63,560 nucleotides of DNA from assembly GCA_041678665.1 (NCBI GenBank), contig JBAYNU010000005.1:1-63560 (forward strand), written 5' to 3'. Positions 8,898-17,861 of the stretch are shown one piece after another. The position numbers and the translations under genes are program-made. Position 1 is the stretch's first letter. Each line of letters starts with the position of its first letter. This stretch comes from Candidatus Magasanikiibacteriota bacterium. Its GTDB lineage: Bacteria; Patescibacteriota; Patescibacteriia; Magasanikbacterales; GWA2-37-8. The notes below the pieces were generated by a model. That model saw only the letters and a list, made by a program, of their open reading frames with translations, searched no databases and was not told the DNA's origin.

Positions 8898-8898
8898 A

Positions 8899-9663
8899 TT
8901 ACTTTGATTTATGTCTAATAATACTTTTTAAAATTTCATCCGAGCCAAACAATTTATTTAATATCTCCGCGTTCTGCACCACACAATGACCGGTAATTTT
9001 GCTATCTTGGGGAGGATAAAGCACTGGTCGCACGACATTTTTTTTGCCCAATTTCTTATAACCTTCATTATAACTACTATTAAATTCAGTCATCGCCCCA
9101 GCAAAATCAGCACCAACTTTTTTACATAATTTATTGGCATAAGCGTGATAAGCGATACAAAGACCGTAATAAGTGGTATCGAGCAGTTTGCCAATTTCGG
9201 TGGTAGATGACGGGGCGACCACTTTTACTTTTTTGATGCCGATTGAACGCAGATGGCGAGCAACTTTTTCACCCAGCGGCTTATTTTCGGCGCCAACATA
9301 TTTTACAAACATCTTTATGCCATCATACAAATGAGGATGAATACCGCGAATCGGAGAATGAACAACATTTTTAAATTTAGTAAATAATTTTTTGGTTTTG
9401 CCAACCGCCACTGTAGAATGAATAATTACCAATTTGGCTTTGGTGGATTTTATATTTTCTCCAACAATACTGCCAAACCCAGAGCTGTCGGGAATACAAA
9501 CATGCAATACGTCCAATTTTTTACCGGCAAAATCATCGCGGTCGCGATCTTTGATTAATGGCTGTTTATAAAATTGAGCAATGGCTTTGCCTACTTCACC
9601 ATAGCCTAAAACGCCGATGATTGAATTATTCTTTATCATAGTTATTTCTTTAAATTTTTTCAT
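8899..9663 (-). CDS. Short NAD-binding protein resembling the N-terminal and central parts of UDP-sugar dehydrogenases
   Basis: GVLGYGEVGKAIA Rossmann motif. EIGKLLDTTYYGL..ANKLCKKVGADF and TGHCVVQN resemble UDP-glucose/ManNAc dehydrogenase motifs, but the protein is only 254 aa. An alternative start MIKNNS lies at 9639. Confidence 0.45.
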   Translation of the reverse strand: MKKFKEITMIKNNSIIGVLGYGEVGKAIAQFYKQPLIKDRDRDDFAGKKLDVLHVCIPDSSGFGSIVGENIKSTKAKLVIIHSTVAVGKTKKLFTKFKNVVHSPIRGIHPHLYDGIKMFVKYVGAENKPLGEKVARHLRSIGIKKVKVVAPSSTTEIGKLLDTTYYGLCIAYHAYANKLCKKVGADFAGAMTEFNSSYNEGYKKLGKKNVVRPVLYPPQDSKITGHCVVQNAEILNKLFGSDEILKSIIRHKSK

Positions 9664-10768
9664 AAATTTTTTCCGTTTCCAAAAACATTTTATTCAAAGA
9701 AAAATCTCGTAATACTTTCTCTTGAGCCGCCTTACCCATTCGTTGTCTCATCTCAGAATCTAAAACCAATTTTTCTAAAGCTATTTTTAATTCACCAACA
9801 TTACCTTTTTTTACCAAAATTCCAATATCAGCTGTTACCGCCTCACTTATTCCGCCAACATCAGTAGCAATAACTGGCAACCCACAACTCATCGCCTCAA
9901 GAATAGCATACGGAAATCCCTCCCAATCGGTAGTTAACACGAAAATATCTGATTGCGATAATATATCAAAAACTTGCGTTCGCGGCAAGGCGCCGAGCAA
10001 TTTTACTTGAGCCAATCCCAATGATTTAATTTTATCTAACAACAAACCTTCTTGCGGACCGGAGCCAATAATGTTTAATTCGATTTTATCTTTAATATTA
10101 CTATCAGCCAATGCTTTTACTAACAAAAACGGATCTTTGGGCGCCGCGAGTCGGCCAACAAAAACCAATTTAATTTTATTTTGACTACTTGTCATCCTGA
10201 GTGACCCCGCCTTGGCGGGGAAATCGAAGGATCTACCATCAACGACTTCAATACCATTAAAAATAACCATAAATTTATCCGGCGCCGCCACATGGTATTT
10301 TACCCCGTAATCTTTGACAAAATTACAGACCGCAATAATTTTGGCAGTGTATAAACCGCAAATTTTTTCACTAACAACTCCAAACATCTTTTGCCATAAT
10401 TGCACGCCCTTATTAAAACTCCATCCATGAGCGGTAAAAATTGTTTTCACTTTACCGCGAACAACCAACCTTCCTAACACGCCGGCAGCCGAACCATGAC
10501 AATGAACGATATTGGGTTTGAAATTATCAAGAACTTTTTTTATTTCTTTTGCCGCTAACCAAATTTTCAATGGATTTGGACTATTGGAAAAATATGCATT
10601 GGAAAAAAATTTAACTCCAATCTTTTTGGCCTCGTCTTCCAACCAACCACCCGGATAACTCATCACTGCGATATTGGCACCTTTGTTTTTAAAATAATTA
10701 CAAAGTTGAACAACATGAGTTTGTGCCCCACCCAGTTCGGATTTGGTGATGAGATAGAAAATTTTCAT
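9650..10768 (-). CDS. GT4-family (GT-B) glycosyltransferase carrying an in-frame palindromic-element insertion
   Basis: EGFPYAILEAMSCGLPVIATDVGG. The insertion peptide SFDFPAKAGSLRMTSS sits just before the C-domain strand KLVFVGRL. Confidence 0.85.
   Translation of the reverse strand: MKIFYLITKSELGGAQTHVVQLCNYFKNKGANIAVMSYPGGWLEDEAKKIGVKFFSNAYFSNSPNPLKIWLAAKEIKKVLDNFKPNIVHCHGSAAGVLGRLVVRGKVKTIFTAHGWSFNKGVQLWQKMFGVVSEKICGLYTAKIIAVCNFVKDYGVKYHVAAPDKFMVIFNGIEVVDGRSFDFPAKAGSLRMTSSQNKIKLVFVGRLAAPKDPFLLVKALADSNIKDKIELNIIGSGPQEGLLLDKIKSLGLAQVKLLGALPRTQVFDILSQSDIFVLTTDWEGFPYAILEAMSCGLPVIATDVGGISEAVTADIGILVKKGNVGELKIALEKLVLDSEMRQRMGKAAQEKVLRDFSLNKMFLETEKIYEKI
10191..10233. repeat. REP/MITE-like palindromic element (GTCATCCTGAG...CGAAGGATC with an inner CCCCGCC/GGCGGGG hairpin) inside the GT4 CDS
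   Basis: gtcatcctgagtgaccccgccttggcggggaaatcgaaggatc. Same termini as the intergenic copies at 45283, 53045, 53241 and 47201. Confidence 0.85.
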
Positions 10769-10772
10769 AGAA

Positions 10773-11543
10773 TCAATTCAATCTCAATAATGTCAATACG
10801 ATTCTTAGATAAGCCTTTGCTAAAGCTAGATAATAATGCGGATACAATTCTTTATATTTTTGGATAATACTTAAATGATCACGCGCCGATTTAGTTCTAT
10901 TTTCCCAAGTAGCTCCAGCCGAGTGGCGACGATAACTTATTAATTCCTCTGGTAAATTAAAAAATTTTCCTTTTAAACCAATTTTTAAAATCAAATCATA
11001 ATCCTCGCCTACTCCCACAAAATTATAACCACTAACCGCTTGAGCAATATCTTTTTTGTACACTACCGCCGAATGAACAAATTGATTGCTGAATAATATT
11101 TTATTCCGTATCTGTTCGTCTCTGGTTTTATATTTTATTTGCCCAATTTTCTCACCACTTTCATTAATCACCATAGCCATACCCCCCAGCAACACACAAT
11201 CAGCGTGATTTTTTAAAAATTCTATTTGTTTTTTTAATTTATCTGAATCTTCCCAAATATCATCACTATCTAATACGGCTATATATTTACCTTGGGCTAA
11301 ATTCAACCCCAAATTTCGGCATTGAGAAATATTAAAATTTTTGTCCTCTAATACGAACTTCACTCGGTCATCTTGGCGACAATAATTTTTTACCAAGTTC
11401 CCGGTGCCATCACTTGATTGGCTATCAATAATAATTAACTCCCAATTAGTAAATGACTGCTTTAAAACACCAGTAATAGCAGCCGGCAAATATTTAATAC
11501 GATTATAAGTAAGCATTATTATGCTAATTTCCACGTTATTCAT
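10773..11543 (-). CDS. GT2-family glycosyltransferase
   Basis: SIIMLTYNR, DSQSSDGT, LDSDD. Confidence 0.85.
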   Translation of the reverse strand: MNNVEISIIMLTYNRIKYLPAAITGVLKQSFTNWELIIIDSQSSDGTGNLVKNYCRQDDRVKFVLEDKNFNISQCRNLGLNLAQGKYIAVLDSDDIWEDSDKLKKQIEFLKNHADCVLLGGMAMVINESGEKIGQIKYKTRDEQIRNKILFSNQFVHSAVVYKKDIAQAVSGYNFVGVGEDYDLILKIGLKGKFFNLPEELISYRRHSAGATWENRTKSARDHLSIIQKYKELYPHYYLALAKAYLRIVLTLLRLN

Positions 11544-11553
11544 AAATATTTCA

Positions 11554-12141
11554 CTAAGCCATTTTCTTTAACCAATCGGTAATTAAATGCACCACTACCA
11601 TGTGAAAATCTTCGATGATCCCGTAATCATTGGAGACGGCCAATAAATAATCATCACATAAATCTTTTAGTGATCCCCCACTAAATCCAGAAATGCCAAA
11701 AGTGAAAATATTCATTTTTTTCGCCATTTTTACCAATTCAACAATGTTGGGTGACTGCCCGCTTCCAGTAAAAACAATTAAAATATCGCCTGCCCGTCCT
11801 AAATTTTTTAATTGCTGTGAAAAAATATGCTCGTATCCTTCGTCATTAGCCCATGCGGTAATAATCGAAGTATTGTCATTTAGCGACATAATTCTAAACC
11901 GATTTTCCTTTTCCTTGACATTCTTACCCAAAATAGTTTTAGCAATATCGGTAACCATATGAGTGCAAGTAGCAGCGCTACCACCATTGCCAGCCACAAA
12001 AATTGTTTTATCGGTGCCACGTAGAGGCTGGATCTTGTTAATCAAGCGATGCAAACCGCTATGATCAAAATCGTCTAACGCCTTTTGGAGACGTTTAAAA
12101 TAATCATGGGAATGATTAATTAATCTATCATTATTATCCAT
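11554..12141 (-). CDS. gmhA: SIS-domain sedoheptulose-7-phosphate isomerase
   Basis: FVAGNGGSAATCTHMVTD, 195 aa, in an operon with a GHMP kinase and a nucleotidyltransferase. Confidence 0.8.
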   Translation of the reverse strand: MDNNDRLINHSHDYFKRLQKALDDFDHSGLHRLINKIQPLRGTDKTIFVAGNGGSAATCTHMVTDIAKTILGKNVKEKENRFRIMSLNDNTSIITAWANDEGYEHIFSQQLKNLGRAGDILIVFTGSGQSPNIVELVKMAKKMNIFTFGISGFSGGSLKDLCDDYLLAVSNDYGIIEDFHMVVVHLITDWLKKMA

Positions 12142-12142
12142 A

Positions 12143-13144
12143 CTATTTTTCGTTAAAAATTAATTCTGCTCCAGCTTTGGTAAATTTTATTGGTATTGAT
12201 TGAAAATTTAATAAACCCAATGACTGCGCGCGTTCGTTAAAAACTTGTTTAATCATTTCTTGATTTTCTGGTTCTACAATAAATAATAAACAACCACCCG
12301 AACCTGCTCCGATTAGTCTTCCACCCAAAGCACCGGCATCCAAAGCAACGCTACACAAGCTATCAATTGTTTTATTAGAGACATTGGGAGCTAATGTTTT
12401 TTTCCATTCCCATTCTCTATTTATTAACCACCCAATTTTTTTCATATCACCAGCCACCAAAGCAACTTTAAATTCGCCCACCGAATCAGCCATCCTTTTG
12501 TAAGTCTCAAAATTGTCGGGAATTTTTTTAGTTTGATCTGTTAAAATGCTGGATGCTTGCCTGGTAACACCGGTATAAAATAACAAAGAATATTTTTCCA
12601 ATTTATTTTTTGCCGATTCACTGCAGTCAACCGGCGCAATTTCCACACTATCATCAGTATTAAAACGTAACCAATTAAAACCACCATAAGCGGCGGCGTA
12701 CTGATCTTGTTTACCAATTGGCTCTTTTAATAAATCTATTTCCAAACGGGAAGCTTGTTCGGCAACTGCTTTTTCGTTAATATCATTGCCTGAATATTTT
12801 TCCAGCGCTTTTATCAAAGCGACGGAAAAAGTTGACGATGACCCCAAACCGGTATTACCGGGGATATCGGAAAAAGTGCCGATTTCAATCCCATGTTTTA
12901 TACCCACATCAGCTATGGCCATTCTGAAACGATCATGTTTTAATTCACTAACACTATCTACTTCTTCGGTAATATTATATTTTACAATAAATTTATTTAA
13001 TCTGTAAGTATCATTAATAACCACATAAATATATTTATCAATTGTGGTAGAAATCAACTGACCGGGATATTGGTGACAAAAATCCGGCAAATCGGTAGCA
13101 TCACCAATAAAAGTAATACGTAACGGCGCTTTAACAACAATCAT
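12143..13144 (-). CDS. hddA: GHMP-family sugar kinase, D-glycero-alpha-D-manno-heptose-7-phosphate kinase-like
   Basis: GHMP motif GLGSSSTFSVALI. GAGSGGCLLF near the C-terminus. Gene context. Confidence 0.72.
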   Translation of the reverse strand: MIVVKAPLRITFIGDATDLPDFCHQYPGQLISTTIDKYIYVVINDTYRLNKFIVKYNITEEVDSVSELKHDRFRMAIADVGIKHGIEIGTFSDIPGNTGLGSSSTFSVALIKALEKYSGNDINEKAVAEQASRLEIDLLKEPIGKQDQYAAAYGGFNWLRFNTDDSVEIAPVDCSESAKNKLEKYSLLFYTGVTRQASSILTDQTKKIPDNFETYKRMADSVGEFKVALVAGDMKKIGWLINREWEWKKTLAPNVSNKTIDSLCSVALDAGALGGRLIGAGSGGCLLFIVEPENQEMIKQVFNERAQSLGLLNFQSIPIKFTKAGAELIFNEK

Positions 13145-13845
13145 ATTGATTTATTTAGTTCGTCTACAATATCACGAATTTTAACTTCTTTCCAGTCCCC
13201 AAACACATACTTAGCGCCAGCTTCAATTAACAAATCACGCACTTCTTTTAAGCCATAAATTGGCATGCCAATTACCATTCTTGATCCTGAATTTATAGCA
13301 GCCGTCACTCCGCGCGGAGAATCTTCAAAAACTATTTGAAAATCAACAGACACTTTCATCCGTTTGGCAGTTTCTAAAAACACAGCGGGCGCCGGCTTAA
13401 CCACAGACACATCATCTCTGTAAACAATATTAGTTGTTATAATCAGATTATTTAGACCAGAATTATTAATTAAATGCCACGCCTCATCTTTATCAGTCAA
13501 TGTGCCAATAGCGACTTCGTAATTGTTTTTCTTAATTTCTGTTAAACATTCGATAAAACCAGAACGAATTTGTATTTTTTCTTTTTTTAAAAATTCTTTA
13601 TAATAAATTTCGTCTTTTTGCATTAACTCTTCAATACTGACATTTTTACATTTACTCAAAAACATAATTTCCTCCATAATTTTTTCATCCGGACCGCCAA
13701 TAAAATGCAGAATTTGCTTTAAAGCTTCGCCAATGCTTAATTCTACCCCCAATTCGCGAGCAACCTTAATATGGGCTTGGTGATGTGCTCGTTCTACATC
13801 AATAATAGTCCCCTCCAAATCAAAAGCAAACCCAAACTTTGCCAT
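13141..13845 (-). CDS. HAD-superfamily phosphatase (candidate heptose bisphosphate phosphatase role)
   Basis: Motif I FDLEGTIID (Glu at the second acidic position), distal FEDSPRG. ATGA overlap with hddA. Confidence 0.65.
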   Translation of the reverse strand: MAKFGFAFDLEGTIIDVERAHHQAHIKVARELGVELSIGEALKQILHFIGGPDEKIMEEIMFLSKCKNVSIEELMQKDEIYYKEFLKKEKIQIRSGFIECLTEIKKNNYEVAIGTLTDKDEAWHLINNSGLNNLIITTNIVYRDDVSVVKPAPAVFLETAKRMKVSVDFQIVFEDSPRGVTAAINSGSRMVIGMPIYGLKEVRDLLIEAGAKYVFGDWKEVKIRDIVDELNKSI

Positions 13846-13851
13846 ATTTAA

Positions 13852-14634
13852 TTAAGGGTTATAAATAAAATCAGTGATTTTGGTTTTTGTAATACCCTTC
13901 CCAAAACGACCACTCAAAACATCGGCTTCAACTTCAGCAAGCCGATCGGGCGTGCCCATATCTTGCAGATAACCCAGATCCTGGTGGGCACACAAGATAC
14001 CAAGTTTGTTAATAACAATATCAGGAAAAATGTCTCGACCAAAGTCCAAAGTTTTACCAGAAGCAATATATTTAAAAATCGCCAGAGTAAAAATATAAAT
14101 AGCGGCATTATTTAAATTCTGACAAAGCACTCCTGCCGAATGAGGTTTGGAAAAAATATTAGTAATCACACTATCTTCGTTAACCTCTAATAAATCACAG
14201 TCTTGGGGATGATTGGTGGGTTGAACTAATAAAGTCCCAACCAACACATCTTTAAATTTTGTTTTATTTTCTTGATGCGTTGCTAACATTTTTTCTAGAT
14301 CAATGTTAAATAACAAATCACCATAAATTACAAAAAAATCATCTGTCAACTCCTTCTCCATAACCTTAATACTCCCAGCCGTACCGATTTCTGAATCTTT
14401 ATCCCAATAATTAATTTTAACCCCCCATTTTTTACCATCACGAAAATAACTTCTAATTTGGTCATGTCGATGTCCCACTACAAAGGTAATATCAACCAAA
14501 CCAAAACTTTTAAGAAGCTCAACTTGGTATTCCAACACTGGCTTACCGGCAATTTTAATCATCGGTTTGACAATTTGCTCACCGAGTTGGCCTAAACGTG
14601 TCCCCCGACCACCCGCCAAAATCAAAATTTTCAT
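13852..14634 (-). CDS. hddC: Sugar-1-phosphate nucleotidylyltransferase (heptose-1-P guanylyltransferase-like)
   Basis: MKILILAGGRGTRLG..KPM signature. Gene context with gmhA and hddA. Confidence 0.68.
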   Translation of the reverse strand: MKILILAGGRGTRLGQLGEQIVKPMIKIAGKPVLEYQVELLKSFGLVDITFVVGHRHDQIRSYFRDGKKWGVKINYWDKDSEIGTAGSIKVMEKELTDDFFVIYGDLLFNIDLEKMLATHQENKTKFKDVLVGTLLVQPTNHPQDCDLLEVNEDSVITNIFSKPHSAGVLCQNLNNAAIYIFTLAIFKYIASGKTLDFGRDIFPDIVINKLGILCAHQDLGYLQDMGTPDRLAEVEADVLSGRFGKGITKTKITDFIYNP

Positions 14635-14639
14635 ACAAA

Positions 14640-15722
14640 TTATTTTAATCCCATTTCCTTAAATATCGCCTGGAATCTTTTTTCGTAAGTATGCTCTTTA
14701 ACAGTACGCTCGTAACCAGCTTGTCTAATAGCTTCCCGTTCTAGATCGTGGTTTAAATAATATTTTACTTTAGCGATTAACTCATCTTGGTCTTTATAAA
14801 AAACCATTTCTTGGTCGGGAAGATAATAATCAGAAATATTATCCGCCCATCCGGAAAGCAAAAATCCGCCACAGCCGGGAATTTCAAAATTTCTACCCTT
14901 AATTTGCTCTCGCCTCCTACCCAAAAACGATTGAAAGTAATCGGACCATTGCCATGGCCAATTGATTTGCAACTTACCTTGTTTTTTGGATAAAAATATT
15001 TTAGCAATACTATTCATATCCACTCCCCCGCTGGATTTAGTAGGATTCAAATTTATTTTACTACTGCCAAATATCTCTATCATCTTATCTTGATTAACCC
15101 GACCGTTAGGCCAGCCCCCACCAAAACAATTCGTTTGCACACCTTCGGCACTCAATTTTTCTACTAGCCTTTTTCTATCGCTATGCGGTTGCCCCACAAA
15201 CGATACTTCGTGTTCATATGCCCCGTCATTCTGAGTGGAACGAAGAATCCCTCTCGGTGGGCTATACATAAAGTGATTACATGCCCATTGGGTGTGTATA
15301 ATATTTTGATATCCAATCTTTTTATATTTTACTATCGCCTGTGAATCAGTGGTTGAAACCCACGAAAAATTAGAGGCATAAAAACGAGAATAAATCGACC
15401 AACGCCAATGATCATCGGCAAACCAATTATAGGTGAGAACGCCGGAATCGGTAATTTTTTTGATAGTTTCCGGATAAATTTCATCAGTAAAAAGAAAAAA
15501 GAAACATAAATCCGGCTTTTCCTCTTTGACTTTTTCCAAAAGTTTTTTATTCATCGTCTCGCGACCAAATTCTTTGATAATTTCATCAAAAGCGAAATAA
15601 ACAACTTGGTGCCTGCCGTTCTCCATTTTTATGAGGGATTCATAGAAATTATAGTGTTCAAAACTATAGCCTCTTTCCACCTTGCCGTAATCGTACCTAC
15701 TTGCGATATAAAGAATTTTCAT
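14640..15722 (-). CDS. CgeB-like glycosyltransferase (DUF3880 + Glyco_trans_1_2-like) with an in-frame palindromic-element insertion
   Basis: C-terminal NFEIPGCGGFLLS. The element encodes GILRSTQND just before VSFVGQPH. Confidence 0.65.
   Translation of the reverse strand: MKILYIASRYDYGKVERGYSFEHYNFYESLIKMENGRHQVVYFAFDEIIKEFGRETMNKKLLEKVKEEKPDLCFFFLFTDEIYPETIKKITDSGVLTYNWFADDHWRWSIYSRFYASNFSWVSTTDSQAIVKYKKIGYQNIIHTQWACNHFMYSPPRGILRSTQNDGAYEHEVSFVGQPHSDRKRLVEKLSAEGVQTNCFGGGWPNGRVNQDKMIEIFGSSKINLNPTKSSGGVDMNSIAKIFLSKKQGKLQINWPWQWSDYFQSFLGRRREQIKGRNFEIPGCGGFLLSGWADNISDYYLPDQEMVFYKDQDELIAKVKYYLNHDLEREAIRQAGYERTVKEHTYEKRFQAIFKEMGLK
15225..15250. repeat. REP/MITE-like element (GTCATTCTGAG..CGAAGAATC) inside a CDS
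   Basis: gtcattctgagtggaacgaagaatcc read directly. Confidence 0.8.
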
Positions 15723-16944
15723 TTTTGTTATTTAAAAAAGTAAAATAAAATGTAATTAAAAATAATATAATATATAATGGCCTTAACGCGAAAATAATAG
15801 AAAAAGGAATCTCCTGAAACTTTAATAACAATAACGGCTCTGATAAAATAAGCAACAGCAGCACATCCATAACAACCATCTTCTTACTTACGGTCATTTT
15901 TTCTCTAAACACCCAGTAGGCCGTGACGATAAATACGAGATGAATGGAATGCTGAATCCAAGAAACAGTCGGCAACATTAACATCACTGCTAAGAAAAAA
16001 CCAAATTCCGCCAAACTTGCCAGATTATTGCCTTTTTTATTGATCACCCTAGTGAAATAAAAAATAAATAATATAACTACCGGAATAATAGCCAATAAAT
16101 AAACGAAATGAGCAAATTTAACATCAATAAACACGCTGGCGATTCTATTGTAAAATAACCCAAATATACCGGTGTTGAGATATGAAGTACTATGATATGA
16201 AGAAAATGTCAGCAAAGAATCAACGAAACCAAAAATCTTATTCGCGCCGGTTATCAAAGAAATGACAGTAAACGAGATAATCGAAGAAAGGAATACCTTT
16301 TTATCCTTAAAATAAAAATAGGGAAGTAAAAATAGCGTGGTTATTTTGAATAAACTGGCTAGTGCCAGAAAAAAACCGCTTAATTTCGACTTTCCTTTTG
16401 TAAAAAAAACAAAACAAAGAGCCAAAAAAAATAAAATAATTATATCCGTTTGCCCGCGCTCCAATATCGACCAAACTACCGGCGAAAAAAGAAACAAAAA
16501 CGAAAATACCGAGAAATACCGCTGTTGATTGGCGACAAATCTAGACAAAAACAAAATAACCATTATCAACAGAAAGATATTCAATAGAGTAAGCAGAAAA
16601 AAAGCGTGACCAAAAGATAATAACGCCAAGGGGGTGAAGAAAAAAGCCGAAAATGGATAATAAACGAAACGAGTCCTATTAGAACCAGCGGCCAACTCAT
16701 CGCTAAATTGTCGGGTGGTTTGATCGCTAAAATATAAAGAATCCCGGGAAAAATATTTTTTAGCGGCAAAATAGTTAGCATTAAAATCGCTACCAAAAAT
16801 ATTTTCCGTTTTTTCGACATTGTAATAATAACGAATATTTTTTAGTGGATCATTATTGTATGCCGCCATTGAAGCAACAACGGCAAACGACATGAATGCT
16901 ACGACAATCAATAAAATAAAATTATATTTTTGCGTACTAATCAT
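15697..16944 (-). CDS. Polytopic membrane protein, GT-C/DUF2029-like candidate glycosyltransferase
   Basis: 415 aa with about 10 or more hydrophobic helices, sitting in a glycan operon. No catalytic motif was verified. Confidence 0.5.
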   Translation of the reverse strand: MISTQKYNFILLIVVAFMSFAVVASMAAYNNDPLKNIRYYYNVEKTENIFGSDFNANYFAAKKYFSRDSLYFSDQTTRQFSDELAAGSNRTRFVYYPFSAFFFTPLALLSFGHAFFLLTLLNIFLLIMVILFLSRFVANQQRYFSVFSFLFLFSPVVWSILERGQTDIIILFFLALCFVFFTKGKSKLSGFFLALASLFKITTLFLLPYFYFKDKKVFLSSIISFTVISLITGANKIFGFVDSLLTFSSYHSTSYLNTGIFGLFYNRIASVFIDVKFAHFVYLLAIIPVVILFIFYFTRVINKKGNNLASLAEFGFFLAVMLMLPTVSWIQHSIHLVFIVTAYWVFREKMTVSKKMVVMDVLLLLILSEPLLLLKFQEIPFSIIFALRPLYIILFLITFYFTFLNNKNENSLYRK

Positions 16945-16961
16945 ATGCCAATCTTATATCA

Positions 16962-17861
16962 TTATACCGCTTTCTCTCTGGGAATAAAAATCAAATTATC
17001 ATATTTGTAACAATCTTTTACTTGGTGGACGGATAATTCTCCGCGTATAGAAAGTTCGAAAGGCAAATAATCGTGGCCCAACAACAAATCGATCGATTTC
17101 TGACAATTTACCTGCCATTCCTCTTCCCCGGCAGCCTCTATACTGATTACCGGCCTGGCCGTCTCTAACAAATTTTTCATACCATCCAAAATTAAATGCT
17201 CCGCACCTTCAGCGTCAATCTTAACAAAACTTGGCTTAATATTATTAACCTCGCAATAATGATCCAAAACAATAGTTTTTACCATGATAGGCGTAGCGCC
17301 TCTTTTTAAAAAATCGACATCCGTCGCAATCCGATCTCGAAAACTATTATAAGCACTATAACGAGGTCCGTAATCAACAAAATTGATGGTTTTTTCTTCA
17401 TCCAAAACGGCGAAATTATTAACACATACATTCGAGTGTGGCCGGGCGTTTTCCCGTAGAGACCCAAAGGTTCTTGGAGTTGGTTCAAAACTATGGACAC
17501 TCCCAGTCGCACCGACCAGATTGGAAGCTAATACAGTATAAAAACCAACATGAGCACCAATATCTATAAACACATCACCGTCCTGCAAAAAATTAATAAG
17601 AAAATTGGTTAAATCCGCTTCAAAAAAACCATAATAACAAATTTGATTGCCTTCTGGCAAATAATAAACCATGGTATCTCCCCAGAGAGTCCTATACTTA
17701 ACTTTAAAAGGCTTAATATAGGAAAAGGCAGTCATGATATAGAATTTGATAGTCCGCCAGGGATCTCGTAAAAAACGCTGGACCCTGGAATGATTAAATT
17801 TAAAAAGCTCATATCTCTCCAAAACCATCTGTTTGAGCGCTAGACGATCGTGTTTTTCCAT
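16962..17861 (-). CDS. FkbM-family methyltransferase
   Basis: FIDIGAHVGFYT, KIDAEGAEHLIL. Confidence 0.75.
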   Translation of the reverse strand: MEKHDRLALKQMVLERYELFKFNHSRVQRFLRDPWRTIKFYIMTAFSYIKPFKVKYRTLWGDTMVYYLPEGNQICYYGFFEADLTNFLINFLQDGDVFIDIGAHVGFYTVLASNLVGATGSVHSFEPTPRTFGSLRENARPHSNVCVNNFAVLDEEKTINFVDYGPRYSAYNSFRDRIATDVDFLKRGATPIMVKTIVLDHYCEVNNIKPSFVKIDAEGAEHLILDGMKNLLETARPVISIEAAGEEEWQVNCQKSIDLLLGHDYLPFELSIRGELSVHQVKDCYKYDNLIFIPREKAV

